The position numbers were made by a program, and so were the translations under genes. A stretch of DNA of 64,000 nt. Origin: Octopus sinensis. Lineage: Eukaryota. This document shows positions 1-13,034 of the stretch, piece after piece (positions within the stretch are counted from its first letter, which is position 1; each line of letters starts with the position of its first letter). Under the pieces are notes generated by a model that worked only from the letters and a program-made list of their open reading frames with translations, was not told the DNA's origin and did not search any database. Location: assembly GCF_006345805.1 (NCBI RefSeq), contig NC_043003.1, forward strand, positions 22,878,001-22,942,000, in the 5' to 3' direction.

Positions 1-861
1 AACTAACAAAATGATATGTAATATTAATTTAGAATATGTAATATTAATTTAGAAACTTCGAGAGAACTTGAAACAATTTTTTTTCTTTTTGACATTTGAA
101 CACAAAGTAGACAATGCCATAAATAAAATCGTTTAAACTAACAAAATGAAAAGAAAAACAATTCTGCAGGAGCAAAAAAGAAAAGAAAAAGAAAATGTAC
201 AACTTACAAAGCTGATTGTTAAGAAAGGCCCGGAGAAGTCTTAGAAATAAGTGTATGAGATTGATATTTCATTATAGTGAAGGAGAGATACTTGACAGGT
301 ATAGGAACATACTAAATGAGCGAAAACACCGAGATGAGTAACAAAAGGGATAATAAAATTAGGGATAGTAAACCGTGTGCATATCATATATGTGTGTGTG
401 TATGTGTGTATGTGTATGTGTGTGTGGTAGTTGTTGTGGTGGGAGTTTGTAATTTCGCTTCCTTCTTGCCAGGGAATGACGTCATTTTCGGTAACATGAA
501 ACTTCTCCAGGTGTCTTAAGAAATGACGCCGCTTATCAAGAAGTATGTTGATCTGTTACGGGGATCTACGCTCCTCTGAATTAATTTGATAGTTTAAAAG
601 TTCTTACAGAACTTACATTTGCTACAAACATACCCGTATACAAACATAACTGTATTGCTTCGGAAGATGGTCACGTCTATCTTTCGTTGAATTAGTTCTT
701 CGTTCTGCTAGGAATAACTAAATATTTCGGTATCTGCGATAATTATATTTTGTTTTTTTATTTATTTTAACCATACATTTCATTTAATCATTCCTCGTCG
801 ATCTTTAAGCAGATCTTCACAAATCTAAACCAAATCACAGTTGTAAATATACCTATATCTT

Positions 862-940
862 TATGTATGTATGTATGTATGTATGTATGTATGTATGTAT
901 GTATGTATGTATGTATGTATGTATGTATGTATGTATGTAT
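862..940. repeat. (TATG)n microsatellite
   Basis: Direct tandem tetranucleotide array. Confidence 0.97.
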
Positions 941-953
941 TATGTATGCTTAT

Positions 954-1204
954 GTGGAGGCGCATGGCTTAGTGGTTAGGGTGTCAGCATCATGATCGTA
1001 AGATTGTGGTTTCGATTCCTGGACCGGGCGACGCGTTGTGTTCTTGAGCAAAACACCTCATTTCACGTTGCTCCAGTCCACTCAGCTGGCAAAAATGAGT
1101 AACACTGCGATGGACTTGCAACCCGTCCAGCAGGGGGGAACACATGCGCCATTGAAACCGGGAAATCGGGCCCACGAACCTGGCTAGGCTTTAAAAGGGC
1201 GCAT
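954..1204 (+). mobile_element. tRNA-derived SINE, group C (short-tail form)
   Basis: A-box-like TGGCTTAGTGG and B-box-like GGTTTCGATTCC, then the central domain TGTGTTCTTGAGCAAAACAC...GCTCCAGTCCACTCAGCTG. Near-identical copy at 3756-4004. Confidence 0.85.
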
Positions 1205-1250
1205 AAAAAATAAAATGTATTCTTGTATGTATTATGTTATATGTATGTGT

Positions 1251-1631
1251 GTCATTCCCTTTTATTTCAAAATGTCATGCCAATAGAGAAAGAGCCGGTT
1301 TTAATCTAAATCCAAGGTTCTCTCATTGGAATTTCAACATCAACAGAATATTTTTATTTGTATATATATGTGCAGACTTGTATGTTTTGTTTTATGTATG
1401 TATTCTCATACATATAGTTGCATATCTTGACACGTTCGTCTATACTTAAATGATAAATTTCTTGAAAGTTTTACAGATTTCTATAGTTCCAGTGATGGCT
1501 TGGATTTGTAGTCTTCGAATCAGCTTTCTCCTTTCTAGTTTTGAGAGGCCTAATTTCTCAAAATTGTTATTAAGGCAGTATGCTACATATCCCAGTGCCC
1601 CAATAATTACAGGTTTAAACCTGAACTTGTA
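1251..1631 (-). mobile_element. 3' end of an R4/Dong/NeSL-type non-LTR retrotransposon (RLE C-terminus plus 3' UTR)
   Basis: Minus strand encodes YKFRFKPVIIGALGYVAYCL...LQIQAITGTIEICKTFKKFII*, matching the C-terminal pattern of restriction-like-endonuclease LINEs. AATAAA and a (CATA)n-like tail follow. Paralogs at 42048-42705 and 43749-44190. Confidence 0.8.
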
Positions 1632-1687
1632 TTTATGTATTAATGAATGTATGTATTTATGCATGTGTGTATGTTTGTATGTATTTG

Positions 1688-1688
<1 letters not shown>

Positions 1689-1750
<62 letters not shown>
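1689..1750. repeat. (ATCT)n microsatellite
   Basis: Direct tandem array. Confidence 0.97.
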
Positions 1751-1752
<2 letters not shown>

Positions 1753-2529
1753 ATTTGTGTGTATTTATATATGAGTGTGTATGTGTGTCCTATGTATGTG
1801 CGTGTGTGTGTACGTATACTTAAATTCAATTATGATGTACGTTAATGGCAAAACAATCATACACATATACAAGGCAACAGCAATAAAGTATTATTGCTGC
1901 ATGGTTTAAACATAAGTGTACAATGTGGAAAATTTCCATAAATCTTGAAAGATTTCCAGTAATGATTTATAAAGAACATTTTAGGATGATTATTACACAT
2001 TATACAACACTACCTGAACTAATGCCATTTTGATTATTTGTTGTTTGTTCTATTGTTAGTGTAAATGTGTTTGTTGAATGTATAATGTGAAAGTGTTAGT
2101 CTTTATTCTGTTACAAACCATAGGCGTATGAAACGCATATATACACATATGTGTGTATATTATATATGTATATTTTGTATTTTGTATATGGCAGATGTCT
2201 ACCTGTGCGTTCATAAGGGCGCCTATGCAACTTGTTGCTGGCTACCGTATATTATTTGTCAACATGCCGAGTTAACTGTATGGGATTGCTATGTATGTGG
2301 TACTCTGCGTGGGGCGTAGGATTCTGAGGGCTTAGTAGTGTTGGTTAGCATAGATGAAGAAGTTGAAAATGACATTTTTTCACAGTATACGATTGTTTAT
2401 GTGTTTGTGTGTGTGCGTGTATGTGTGTGTGTTTGTCTGTGTTTATGTGTGTGGGGTCCAAAAAAAATACAAAGACGAGGTAAAAGAACAACCAAACAGG
2501 TAGTATTAGGTTTCTGCTAACGAAAATTT

Positions 2530-2770
2530 GAAGAAGTCTCTAACGTTTCGAGCCAACGCTCTTCTATATTCAAAGCATATATAAGGAGATGGGGAAGCAA
2601 GTACAAACTTAACTGAATTAAACGGTCTCTGTATCCGCCTTCTTTTCTAATATCATCTGCCCTTTCTGAAGAAGAGTGTGCGGTCGAAACGTTAAAGAAC
2701 TCTTCCAGTTTTCCTGCGCAATAAACTTCATATATCCTGTTGTTCTTTTTCCTTGCCTTTGTGTTTTTAC
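2530..2770. mobile_element. Penelope-like pLTR remnant with two degenerate, divergently oriented hammerhead-like cores
   Basis: Plus: CTTT-CTGAAGA-A-GAG..GTC-GAAACGTT-AAAG (2662-2697). Minus: GAAGAGC-GTTG-GCTC-GAAACGTTA (about 2540-2564), with the CUGA part lost. Confidence 0.5.
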
Positions 2771-3755
2771 ACACACATACACATACGCACGAGTGCGCAC
2801 ACGCACGCACATGCACACACACACGCATATATACGTATTGTAGTGGACAGTTTTACAAGGGAGATAATCTTTTCTTCATAATATTTGGAGGGATTAGAAA
2901 CCTGAATTTCAAATGAAAGAATTCACACACGCAAGTGCGCGCACACATTCACACACACACACACACACACCTATGTATGTATGCATGCATGTATGTATGT
3001 ATATATGTAAGTATGAATATTTCATGCTTGTTGTGTCCGGAGGATGGGATGCCCTGCCAGGTTCCTGAAACTGATGTAGCTAACTCTTCGGCTAAACTGT
3101 TGAAAGTCACCATCTGCAGTGTCCACATTTCGAGAGACGGACTGGACCCTAACGGCTAGCTCGCATACTGTGGTGTCTTTAGATACAGTATAGAGCACGA
3201 GAGGAATTTAAACACGTGGGTGGATGTGCCTGAATAGAAGTGGAGCGATAACAGCCAGATTTTAAGAGCAGATGCTGATTTTAGTATCAGCAGAAAAGGC
3301 AGAAAAAGAAGGCAGAAGAGAAGGAAACTGAGAGAAACAAGGGAGAGGAGATAGCGTTCTCTGAGTCAGAGTTTGTGGTGTATCTATGAATGCCTTGTTG
3401 CTATCTGTCGATTGATCTCCTTGAGTGCACCGAAAGATATGTTGGTGTAAGGACCGCAAGTACTTTTATACATGTGAAGTTAACTTTAGATTTGTAGAAT
3501 CTTGGTAATCAGACAATGGGTAGGGGATTGCTGCAGTAATGTTTTCTTTGAATCAGTATTTATCTTGTTTTATGTTGAAAGAGACGATGTAAAAATTCAA
3601 AGAGTTTTTGATGCCTCTTTTCAAAAGAAGAGGTCATGCTTGGCTTGTGGAGTATAAGTTGCATATATGTATGTATTATGTATGTCTTTATGTGTTTATA
3701 CACACACACACACATATGTATGTATGTATTTTTATATATGAATATATCCAGCGAT

Positions 3756-4004
3756 GTGGAGGCGCGTGGCTTAGTGGTTAAGGTGTCAGCATCATAATCG
3801 TAAGATTGTGGTTTCGATTCCTGGACCGGGCGACGCGTTGTGTTCTTGAGCAAAACACTTCATTTCACGTTTCTCCAGTCCATTCAGCTGGCAAAAACGA
3901 GTAACACTGCGATGCACTGGCGTCCCGTCCAGCTGGAGTACACACACGCCATTGAAACCAGGAAACCGGGCCCATGAGCTTGGCTAGGCTTTAAAAGGGC
4001 ACAT
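3756..4004 (+). mobile_element. tRNA-derived SINE, group C (short-tail form)
   Basis: Near-identical to 954-1204, with A and B boxes. Confidence 0.85.
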
Positions 4005-6263
4005 TTGAATTTGAATATCGAGCGATATATTTTCAGCCCAATTTTACGCATGCTATTTTCTGCAGCTTTACCTGCTACTTGTTTCACCGTTCATAACAAA
4101 ATTATTTCATGTTTTGTCGAAATTTCTAGATTCTTATGATGTCAACTACACAACAACACAGACATATGAAACCAAAATTCTAAACAACCGATCGGACCGA
4201 TCTAAAATTATAGAAAAGTTTTTTAGAATTCCCATTTTAACATATTTGAATTAAAATGTCATTATTGTCAGTTTTGAGCATGAACCTCATCTTTCTTTAA
4301 AATTCGAATCTCACTCTCTTCAGCTTTCATTCTTTTCTATTCCTACCCAATATCATTAAACTTAAATATTCTTTATTGTTATCTCTGCCAGCCAGTCTGG
4401 CAATTATAAGAAAAGTAAACGGATGAAAGAAATATACTTTACGTAGAGCAAGGAGAACAAATGAAATTACTTTCACATTTCAATATTTTATAGCTTTAGA
4501 TTCTATTTTGTATAAATGTTTCAAGAAACATTAAATCCTTTAAAGATATTTCTCTATTTTTATAATTTTTATAAACTTTGAAATGGTGTTTCAAATAATT
4601 TGATTTTGCTTCGTTATTTTTCACTAATTATGGACTTTAAATCGTTCTTTAAAAGTTAGGGAAGGACTTATTAGACAATATCACACGAAAACACAATATT
4701 TATTGGCTGCCTTCGACTTTTTTATTTACCTAGAGGCTTTTTAAACTCAATATTTAAACGTTTTTATTTATGGCATTGTCTATTTCGTGTTCAAATGTAA
4801 AAAAGAAAAAAATTGTTTCAAGTTCTCTCGAAGTTTCTAAACTAATATTACATAAATAATGGTTATTGCGTAAACTAGGAGAAAACTGACCTGAAGGTCG
4901 GTATTTAACGGAGTATATAAAGTCTGCATGTTTGTCGTACACACACAAACACACACACACACACACACGCACACACACATAGATATACATAAACACATGT
5001 ATTCATAGGGGTACTTCTTACGGTGAGGGTATGTATAGAAATGCAACGTGAGCTTACATCGAGTTTTTAGTAAGTAAAACACTTTAGACGCTGAGTGAAA
5101 AATAGGCACCGTGAATAAACCGCAGCTTCTTTTTATTTATTTATTGAAATCGCTGATGCAGAAAAGAAAATTCTAGCGACTTCTTTCAGCTTTTATTGCG
5201 CTTCATCGATTCTGGATTATTTACCTCCCAAACAATGGAAGTATATTAACTTAGAGCTATTTATAGGATACACAAACTGTTGCAGAACTAAGCTAAAACA
5301 TCCAATTTGCATAACAGCGCAGGCATTCGTAACATGAATGTATAAATAATTAAATTAATATCAGCATTGCATAGTCACTGAATATCATAAATTTAGCACA
5401 GACATTACAGGGTGTGTTTTTAATAGAGATACATTTTTGTTGGGATGTGAAAATTAGGCTTTGTTGAGAAAAGCAAGATAAGTTTTCTAAGCGACGAAAA
5501 AGCTTTTGTGCAATCACTCGGATTACTACGCAGCCATCTTAAAAATGCAATTACTCTGCTGCCGTCTTAAAAATGATGAGATGTGTGGAATTAACTAAAT
5601 TTAATGTGTTGAAAAGGATATCAAATGATAGTGGTTCGGCAATAATTTCTGAATACAGAAATATTTCTTGCAGTGCAAGCGAGCAATGCTAGAGGGCGGC
5701 AGTGTCTGCAAACCAGCATGAAGTGGACTGTAAAACCATATTAAGTGTTTTACAAACTGTATGAAATATTTGTACAAATATTTTGGTTATAGCATTGTAG
5801 CAACATGATCACAGCTTCTGGCTGGAAACGATACGGGAATAATCGAAATATTAACAAACAAGAGAAGTTACAAATACTTCAGGAAAATGTACACTTCAAC
5901 ATCTGCAATCATACAAACCAATAGTGCTAAACTCCCACAATCTAGAAACTCAACGAAATATAACAATGCTGACTCAGACACTGACATCTGAATGGTTAAG
6001 ATCATTTCTCAAACATCTGTGAAACTTTAAGCTATGCAATTCTGAGTCAATCTATTAATACAAGCAAATATAAACTCCAAGAAACATGTTGAAAGCCGTT
6101 TTCTTAACGTGTGTACGCATAATTATCTATCCATTCTGTCTCTCATACACACTATATGTATGTATGTGTGCGTGCGTGTATAAGTGTATATAAACACTCA
6201 CACATACACACATACAAACCCAGCACACAAACACGAATATAATTGCAGGTACAAGATATCCTT

Positions 6264-6473
6264 TTCTATTCTAGGCACAAGGTCCGAAATTTTGGGGAGG
6301 GGTTCAGTCAATTAGATCGACCCCAGTACGTAACTGGTACTTAATTTATCGACCCCGAAAGGATTAAAGGCAAAATCGACCTCGGCGGAATTTGAACTCA
6401 GAACGTAAAAACAGACGAAATACCGCTAAGCATTTCGCCCGTTGTACTAACGTTTCTACCAGCTTGCAGTCTT
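6264..6473 (-). mobile_element. tRNA-derived SINE, group A (tail type 1), with 21-bp target-site duplication
   Basis: Head with B box GAGTTCAAATTCC and core CCTTT..TCCTTTCGGGGTCGATAAATTAAGTACCAG on minus. TTGCAGGTACAAGATATCCTT occurs at both 6243-6263 and 6474-6494. Confidence 0.9.
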
Positions 6474-6936
6474 TTGCAGGTACAAGATATCCTTAACGAC
6501 ACTAACAGCGTGGTGTGCAAAACTCATAAAAGAAAGAATATATATAAAAGAATAAATAAATAATAATAATAATAATGAATATTTGATTTAAACATAAGAT
6601 GTAAATCAATACACAATGCATGTTAAGACTCAACAACTTTTATAGCAAGTATGATGTATTGAGGTCTTCGATAGAAGGCATGATCTCTAAACTCTTTCCC
6701 ATCGTTTACACTGAATAATGACTTTCTCTGTTCTTTTAGCCTTGCACGTTAAGGTCATGAGAATTGGTCACAGTACACATAGATGAAACGGATGCGCATA
6801 ACTGAAACCAGAGTGACGTAAATAGGCGTAACAGTATTACCTGTTCTATACGCATGTATATGCACACTCACACACACTCACTCTCATATGCGCATACACA
6901 CTCAAACACACACACAAACACACACACACAGGCATA

Positions 6937-7234
6937 TCTTTTATCTTTTACTTGTTTCAGTCGTTAGACCGCGGCCGTGCTGGAGCACAGCCTGGAATTT
7001 TTAGTCTAATGACTCGACCCCAGTATTTATGTTTTAAGCCTCGTACCTATTCTGTCGTCACTAATGCCGAACCGCTAAGTTACAGGGACGTAAACACACC
7101 GACACTGGCTGTCAAGTTGTAATGGGGGACAAACACAAGCAAACACACACGCATTAACATATATATGTACATACATATACGACGGGCTTCTTCTCAGTTT
7201 CTGTCGACCAAATCTACTCACAAGGATTTGGTCG
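6937..7234 (-). mobile_element. SINE group B, head-truncated
   Basis: Matches the group-B tail (GACTGAAACAAGTAAAAGA on minus), the internal microsatellite and part of the head. Confidence 0.8.
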
Positions 7235-7237
7235 CCT

Positions 7238-7407
7238 GGTTGAAGGCCCAATCTTCCGAGTTCTTCTACTGGGCTTAGAAAAACTAAAGGACCGCTGCAA
7301 TAAGTGCGTGAATCTGAGATGCGAATATGTCGAATAGACTCATAATTAACTGATCCTCCTGTATTTCCTTTTATCTAAAGCCAGGACTACTTTTCAACCC
7401 TCCCCCT
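7238..7407 (+). mobile_element. mariner 3' end fragment (transposase C-terminus plus TIR-like end)
   Basis: Frameshifted translation WLKAQSSEFFY..KLKDRCNKCVNLR.EYVE*, a typical mariner C-terminus, followed by AAAGCCAGGACTACTTTTCAACCCTCCCC. Confidence 0.7.
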
Positions 7408-7767
7408 GGCACGTCCCCCTCCCCCACAAAACAAAACCAGTTGCATTGTCGGAGTTTAACGTGACGGTCGTGAATTCTTTCTAGGTGGTTCACACTAAAG
7501 AGGCTCAAGGATTAAATATCCAAAAGCCGAAACTCGGGTGTATGGTTGTCCTAAACTGCATAATATTTTACCTTGTCCTGTTGAATGTATTAATTCTTTC
7601 CGTTTTCCTCGCATACTGTTATTCTCTGTTATCTTGTTGCTGTACGGTGGATTAATTTAAGATTTTAGCTCCTATTTCTTGCAGATGTATGCTTTTTAAG
7701 ATCTTTACGCTTCGTGCAAATATATAAATAAATAAATAAATTAATTTATATATATATATATATATAT

Positions 7768-8015
7768 TTCGTTTTGGGATTTGGTTTGCAAGATTCGTTA
7801 TATGAGTTCGTGTGTTGAAGCATATTCTGTTGTGTTTGGGGAGAGTCGTTTTCTTTTTGTGCCTCATAATTTAACACACTCACCGGTTGAAAAGGTTGCA
7901 AGACGCAACGAAAATTTAAGGAAAATAAAAATAAGAAATAAGTGGAAATTTTACCGGTGAGTGTGTTAAATTATAAGGCGCAAAATGAAAATGACCTCTC
8001 CCCAGGCACAAGAGT
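7768..8015. repeat. (TA)n-flanked element with an internal ~50-bp inverted repeat
   Basis: GGGAGAGTC..ATAATTTAACACACTCACCGGT (about 7838-7886) versus ACCGGTGAGTGTGTTAAATTAT..GACCTCTCCC (about 7953-8001). Confidence 0.8.
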
Positions 8016-10949
8016 ATATATATATATATATATAATTCAGGAAGCATAAAACTGTAGATGGTGCAACGACACCTGAAGCCTCCAGATTAAGCTCACCACA
8101 GATTGCAATATGCCACCAGACTTCGTGATATTTGGCCTACAACCCCATCTATATACACTCATGTTTACGTACAACTGTATGTAGAACTGCTAGGATTCAA
8201 GCAATCATGTAAATATTCGTTCTTAATACGCCCTGGCCGGTTTCAATGATAATATGTTAATCTCTGTGTTATTTCGCCTTCAGAGAAGAAGTTAAGAATG
8301 CATTCGATTCATGGAAGTAAGAGGGCTTTATCAACATCGACTAGATAAAAGGCAAAGTTGACCTCGGCGAGGTTTGTACTCAGAGCGTAAAGAATTGGAA
8401 AAAGTACTGCGGAGCATTTTATCCGACGCTCTTACGACTAAGACGATACCTCGAAGTACGTATGTATTTTTACATAAAAGTGTTCCCTTCACTCACTGTG
8501 CAGAGGCTTCTTCGTGTTGTTTGTGTTGCTGGTGATGTTGGTATTGGTGATTGTGTTGCTAAAGGTACTTTTTTGTAGTGGCTGTTATGATGTTAGTAAT
8601 AGTGGTGGCGTTGGTGGCGGTGATGTTATCGTCATGACACTGATGAACTTCAGGAAGGGAATATTACCACGTGATGCTGTCGGTGGCAGTAATGGCCGTG
8701 GTGTTGGTTACGGATAGCGGTAGTAGTAGTAGTAGTAGTAGTAGTATTTTTAGTTATATAGATTTCCGTTGTAGTTAGTGACAGTGAAGGGCATTTTATT
8801 ACTTAAGCAGTAATATTGGTGGTGGTGGTGGTGGTGGTGGTGGTAGTAGTAGCAGCAGCAGTTGTGTTAGTAGTAGTAGTAGTAGACGCAACAGCAGCAA
8901 CAACAGCAGTAGTAGTAGTTTATTGTGGTGATGGTATTACATTTCCTGATGTGAGCCGAGGTCAGTTCAAAATGTGGACCAGAGAGGAAATGAAAGCACA
9001 TCAGTCTGCAGAGAAACATTTCTCTTGTGAGATCTGTGTGTATGTGTGTGTGCGTGAGTGTGTGTTTGAGTGAATGTGAACATGAGTATGTGTTTGCATA
9101 TGCACGTGGATGACAGTGTATGTGAAAACACACACAAACACATAGCGATATGTGAATGCATGTGTATGCAAGCAAGTTTAAATTAACTGAAACATATAGC
9201 GCTAGGATTAAAATTGTTGCTTAGGTTACAATCAAACCATCAAATATTTAATAAACGAATGTTACTGTGAAAAATAGACCCCATGATTAAACTACATATT
9301 TTTCAGAATTAGGAGAGTGATCAGATAAAGTATCAGTTCATTTAGCTTAGTTTTTTTAAAGCCGTCGTCAGGACTTGCTTACTTATACCTTGTTGTTTAA
9401 ATATAGTAGCTATCGCCACATATAGATAGTGTAAATTTAACATCATTTACATAGCCGTGCAAAGCTGTTCGTTTTCATTTATTAACTGCATTAATGGAGA
9501 AGTTTACCATCTGTTTATTAAGCATATATTCGTAACTTTGTTTATGATTTTAATCTCATGTTCGGTGTATCTGTGGTGAAGTTAATTAATACTTATCACC
9601 GGCATGTGAACAAGTTTGGACCTAGTCTCATTACACTTCATCGGTAACGTAAAACTTCTGTATATCAGCAACCCAGTGTAAGTAAGCGAGTCCTGATAAT
9701 GGCTTTAACAAAGAGGTTACTACACGAGGAAGCAGTAGATCAAGATATCGTGTTATCTTCAGACAAAAGACATGGTCTAAATGTTAGTAACAGAATGGAT
9801 CTTGCTAAAGACATAGATGGGCCATATAATAGTGTTGAACTAGATGTCGTATAATGTGTTGCACCCAGATATAGGTGAAGTACATTCAATAGGCCCCTGT
9901 AAAGTTCTCTTTAATCCAGTTCCACTTATATGACCTGGGCCAACACGAGGCTATGGTAGAAATGAATTTGCCTCATAGTGGAATCGAACACGGACACACG
10001 TGATTTGCTCAGATTGTGACTGATGATGAGGATTATTTTTGGGATCAACTGCTCGGGGTTTAAAATGAAAACCCATGCCATAGTTAAGCTTGGTAACTTT
10101 AAAACAAAACCTGTATCCATTAGCAGCAGCTCCAGCAACAGTAGCAGGAGCCTTAGTAGCAGCAGCAACAGCAGCAGCTTCAGCAACCACAGTAGCAATA
10201 GCAGCAACAGTAGCAGCAAGAATAACTGCAGCAGAGAACAGAAAAGCACCAATTTCATTGATTCATTTATCACTCTGTCCTTTGGAACCAAACACCCGTG
10301 ATAAACGAGGAAGAACGCTCTAAAGTTGACGCCGTTGGTTTGCTTAAAGCGATATATTTCTATTTACGCTCATCGTCGCGTTATTTAAATTCAGTTTCAC
10401 AACGTACGTACGAGCGAGCGATTTTAGAAATGATTATAGGAGGTACAGAGAAAAAGAAAGATTTCCCCGAGTTGAATGTTTATGCTTAACTTAGTATGAA
10501 AAATAGAGAAAGTATTCAGAAACGAAAGCATAAACAAACGAAAATATATAATAATGGAAGTATTATGAACCCTTTTCTTCATTCCTTGAAGTAACTGAAC
10601 AAAAAATATATCTAAAAATATAGAATAAAATAAAAATCAAGTTATAAGGAAAACTAAAAACAACAAAAAATGTACTTTCTACGTGTCGATTCTTAAGGTC
10701 AACCCTCATTAGTAATAACAGTACCGCATCCAATGCCAAAATATCAACACCTCCACCGTCATCTCCACCACCACCATCAGTACAACCAGCAGTATCACCA
10801 TCAACGGCGACGACGCCATCAACACACCACCAGCAATACCGCCAACGTCACTACCAGCGCGACGACCACGACTATCATCACCGCAGCAACTACAAGAGGC
10901 ACTTATAACGCACCACACACACACCCATTGCTGCTACTGATGTTGCCCC

Positions 10950-10984
10950 CCCCCACTACTACTACTACTACTACTGCCACCACC

Positions 10985-11017
<33 letters not shown>

Positions 11018-11084
11018 GCTACTGCCACCACCACCACCACCACCACTACTACCACTACTACTACTACTACTACTACTGCCACCG

Positions 11085-11115
<31 letters not shown>

Positions 11116-11127
11116 CATCACCACTAT

Positions 11128-11158
<31 letters not shown>

Positions 11159-11205
11159 GCTGCCATCACAACCATTATTACTGCTGCTACTACTACTACT
11201 AGCAT
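10950..11205. repeat. Compound (CTA)n/(CCA)n trinucleotide array
   Basis: Direct. It is the source of the poly-T, poly-V and poly-S pseudo-ORFs. Confidence 0.95.
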
Positions 11206-11761
11206 GAAAACCAGCCAGCATCACTACTATCGCTACATCACCGCCAACCCCATTTGCTGACCATCCTGTAATCTTATATCAACAAAGACTTGGCTGCAGT
11301 TAACATTTTACTATTATAAGCAGACACACACACACACACACACACCACACACACACACGCACGCACGCACACATACACACACGTAGGCAGACGCACAATA
11401 TGGTGTGTGTGTGTGTCTATGTGTATATGTGTATATATATGCATATATAAATGTTTTTTAACTATATATAACTGTATATATATATATGTGCCTTTATAAA
11501 TATATATATATGTGTGTGTGTGTATATATATATATGCGTATCTCTCTCTCTCCCTTTCAGCCCCTCTTTGTCGCTGTTTGACTGTCTATTTATTCCCTTG
11601 TTTCTCTCTCTCTGTATATATGTGTGTGTGTGTGTGTGTGTGTAATAACATGGGCAAGAATGGAAAAAATCGCATCTGTATTAAATTGATGATTACTACC
11701 GTTTCTAGCAAAGCCTAGAATATTTCTAAAACTTTTGCGGGGTACCAAAATACCTTTTTTT

Positions 11762-11978
11762 TTTTTACTACCCTCAAGGGGCTAAACACAGAGGGGACAA
11801 ACAAGGACAGACAAACGGATTAAGTCGATTATATCGACCCCAGTGCGTAACTGGTACTTATTTAATCGACCCCGAAAGGATGAAAGGTAAAGTCGACCTC
11901 GGCGAATTTGAACTCAGAACGTAACGGCAGACGAAATACCGCTAAGCATTTCTCCCGGCGTGCTAACGTTTCTGCCAG
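11762..11978 (-). mobile_element. SINE group A (tail type 2), monomer
   Basis: Head, core and the GTCTGTCCTTGTTTGTCCCCTCTGTGTTTAGCCCC tail on minus. Confidence 0.9.
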
Positions 11979-12367
11979 GGAACAACATCGTTTCAAAATA
12001 ACACACACACAAGCATCCGAAAATTTACGCTAACAAATTGTTACTATGATTCCACCGTATTAGCATACATTTTGGTTTGACACGTATTTTCATCCCTTTT
12101 TTTCTATCATACGTTAAGGTCATCTCTCCAGATTTTCTTTAGTAATTAGAGCCAGCTCGACGTTTTGTATCCGAGATGTCAGATGTAAACCAATAATGGG
12201 ACCGAAGATGAAACCCATTGTTTCATCTTTGCTCCCGTTTTTTTTTCTGTAGAAAATCTACAGATATGACATTAACATATGATTTAAGTGCACTGCTAAC
12301 ACAGAAGTATACGGTATTGACCTATAACAAGATTCCTTCAAAGAATACCAGATAAGCCACCCATAAT

Positions 12368-12480
12368 TGGATACAACTCACCCAACAAGAACTCACTACT
12401 TGAACAAAACTTGATACAACTCACCCAACAAGAACTCACTACTTGAACAAAACTTGACTTAAACAAAACTTGACTTAAAC
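12368..12480. repeat. Local tandem duplications (43-bp unit x2, then a shorter unit)
   Basis: GATACAACTCACCCAACAAGAACTCACTACTTGAACAAAACTT appears twice, then GACTTAAACA(AAACTT) is repeated. Confidence 0.9.
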
Positions 12481-12874
12481 AGGATTCGAATAATCCTATC
12501 AGGTGGTACTATTAAGTTAGACATGGCCTGGACCAATCTTTGGTCGAAACATATCTAAGTTATCTAAGTTATCATAGTGATAACGAAATACTGTGTGCCT
12601 ACAAGTCAGTAGAACTTTTTCCTAAGTCTAAATATGCTGACACAATAGAAAAGAACGTCGGTGATATAAAAAATGTGATTGTGTCCATTCTTGTCCATGA
12701 AATTCTTCTGGGCAATATTTACATTTATTTATCATAGACGATGAATCACCGAGGATATTAATTCCATTTGAATTTATTGGTATCTAATTGTTTGGTGTGA
12801 TTAACCACGTTCGCTTCATAGCGGGTACCTTTTTTGATATGTATGTGAGTTTATTAATCTTTTATCTTGGCTAT

Positions 12875-12970
12875 GAGGTAAGAAGTTTGATTCCCAACTA
12901 CATAATGCCGGGTCCAGTTCCACTGCGTGGCACCTTGGGCAAGTGTATTCTACTATAGCCTCGGGTGACC
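12875..12970 (+). mobile_element. SINE group B head fragment
   Basis: CCACTGCGTGGCACCTTGGGCAAGTGTATTCTACTATAGCCTCGGG. Confidence 0.75.
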
Positions 12971-13034
12971 GCGTGTGTACCGTTGGCGATTTTTTTCCTC
13001 CGTCTTCTCTTCTTTGGATCTTTCCTTTTCCTAT

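Noticed and set aside
954-1030. tRNA gene calls for SINE heads
   Set aside because: They have A and B boxes but no complete cloverleaf, and they run directly into SINE bodies.
3370-3460. VVYL*MPC..LLECTERYVG on plus, vaguely like a GIY-YIG motif of Penelope-like elements
   Set aside because: Too short, contains a stop, and has no flanking RT or endonuclease motifs.
8940-9030. HQSAEKHFSCEIC resembling a C2H2 zinc-finger linker
   Set aside because: A single partial motif between microsatellites, with no preceding CxxC, no array and no convincing splice sites.
9700-9855. 51-codon ORF MALTKRLLHEEAVDQ..
   Set aside because: Short, with no recognisable motif or splice context.
9926-10323. Overlapping ORFs, including a signal-peptide-like poly-Leu
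   Set aside because: They come from a (AGC)n-like repeat plus a degenerate SINE-B head on minus.
10733-11260. 175-aa His/Thr-rich mucin-like ORF
   Set aside because: Translation of (CCA)n/(CTA)n microsatellites, with no unique domain.
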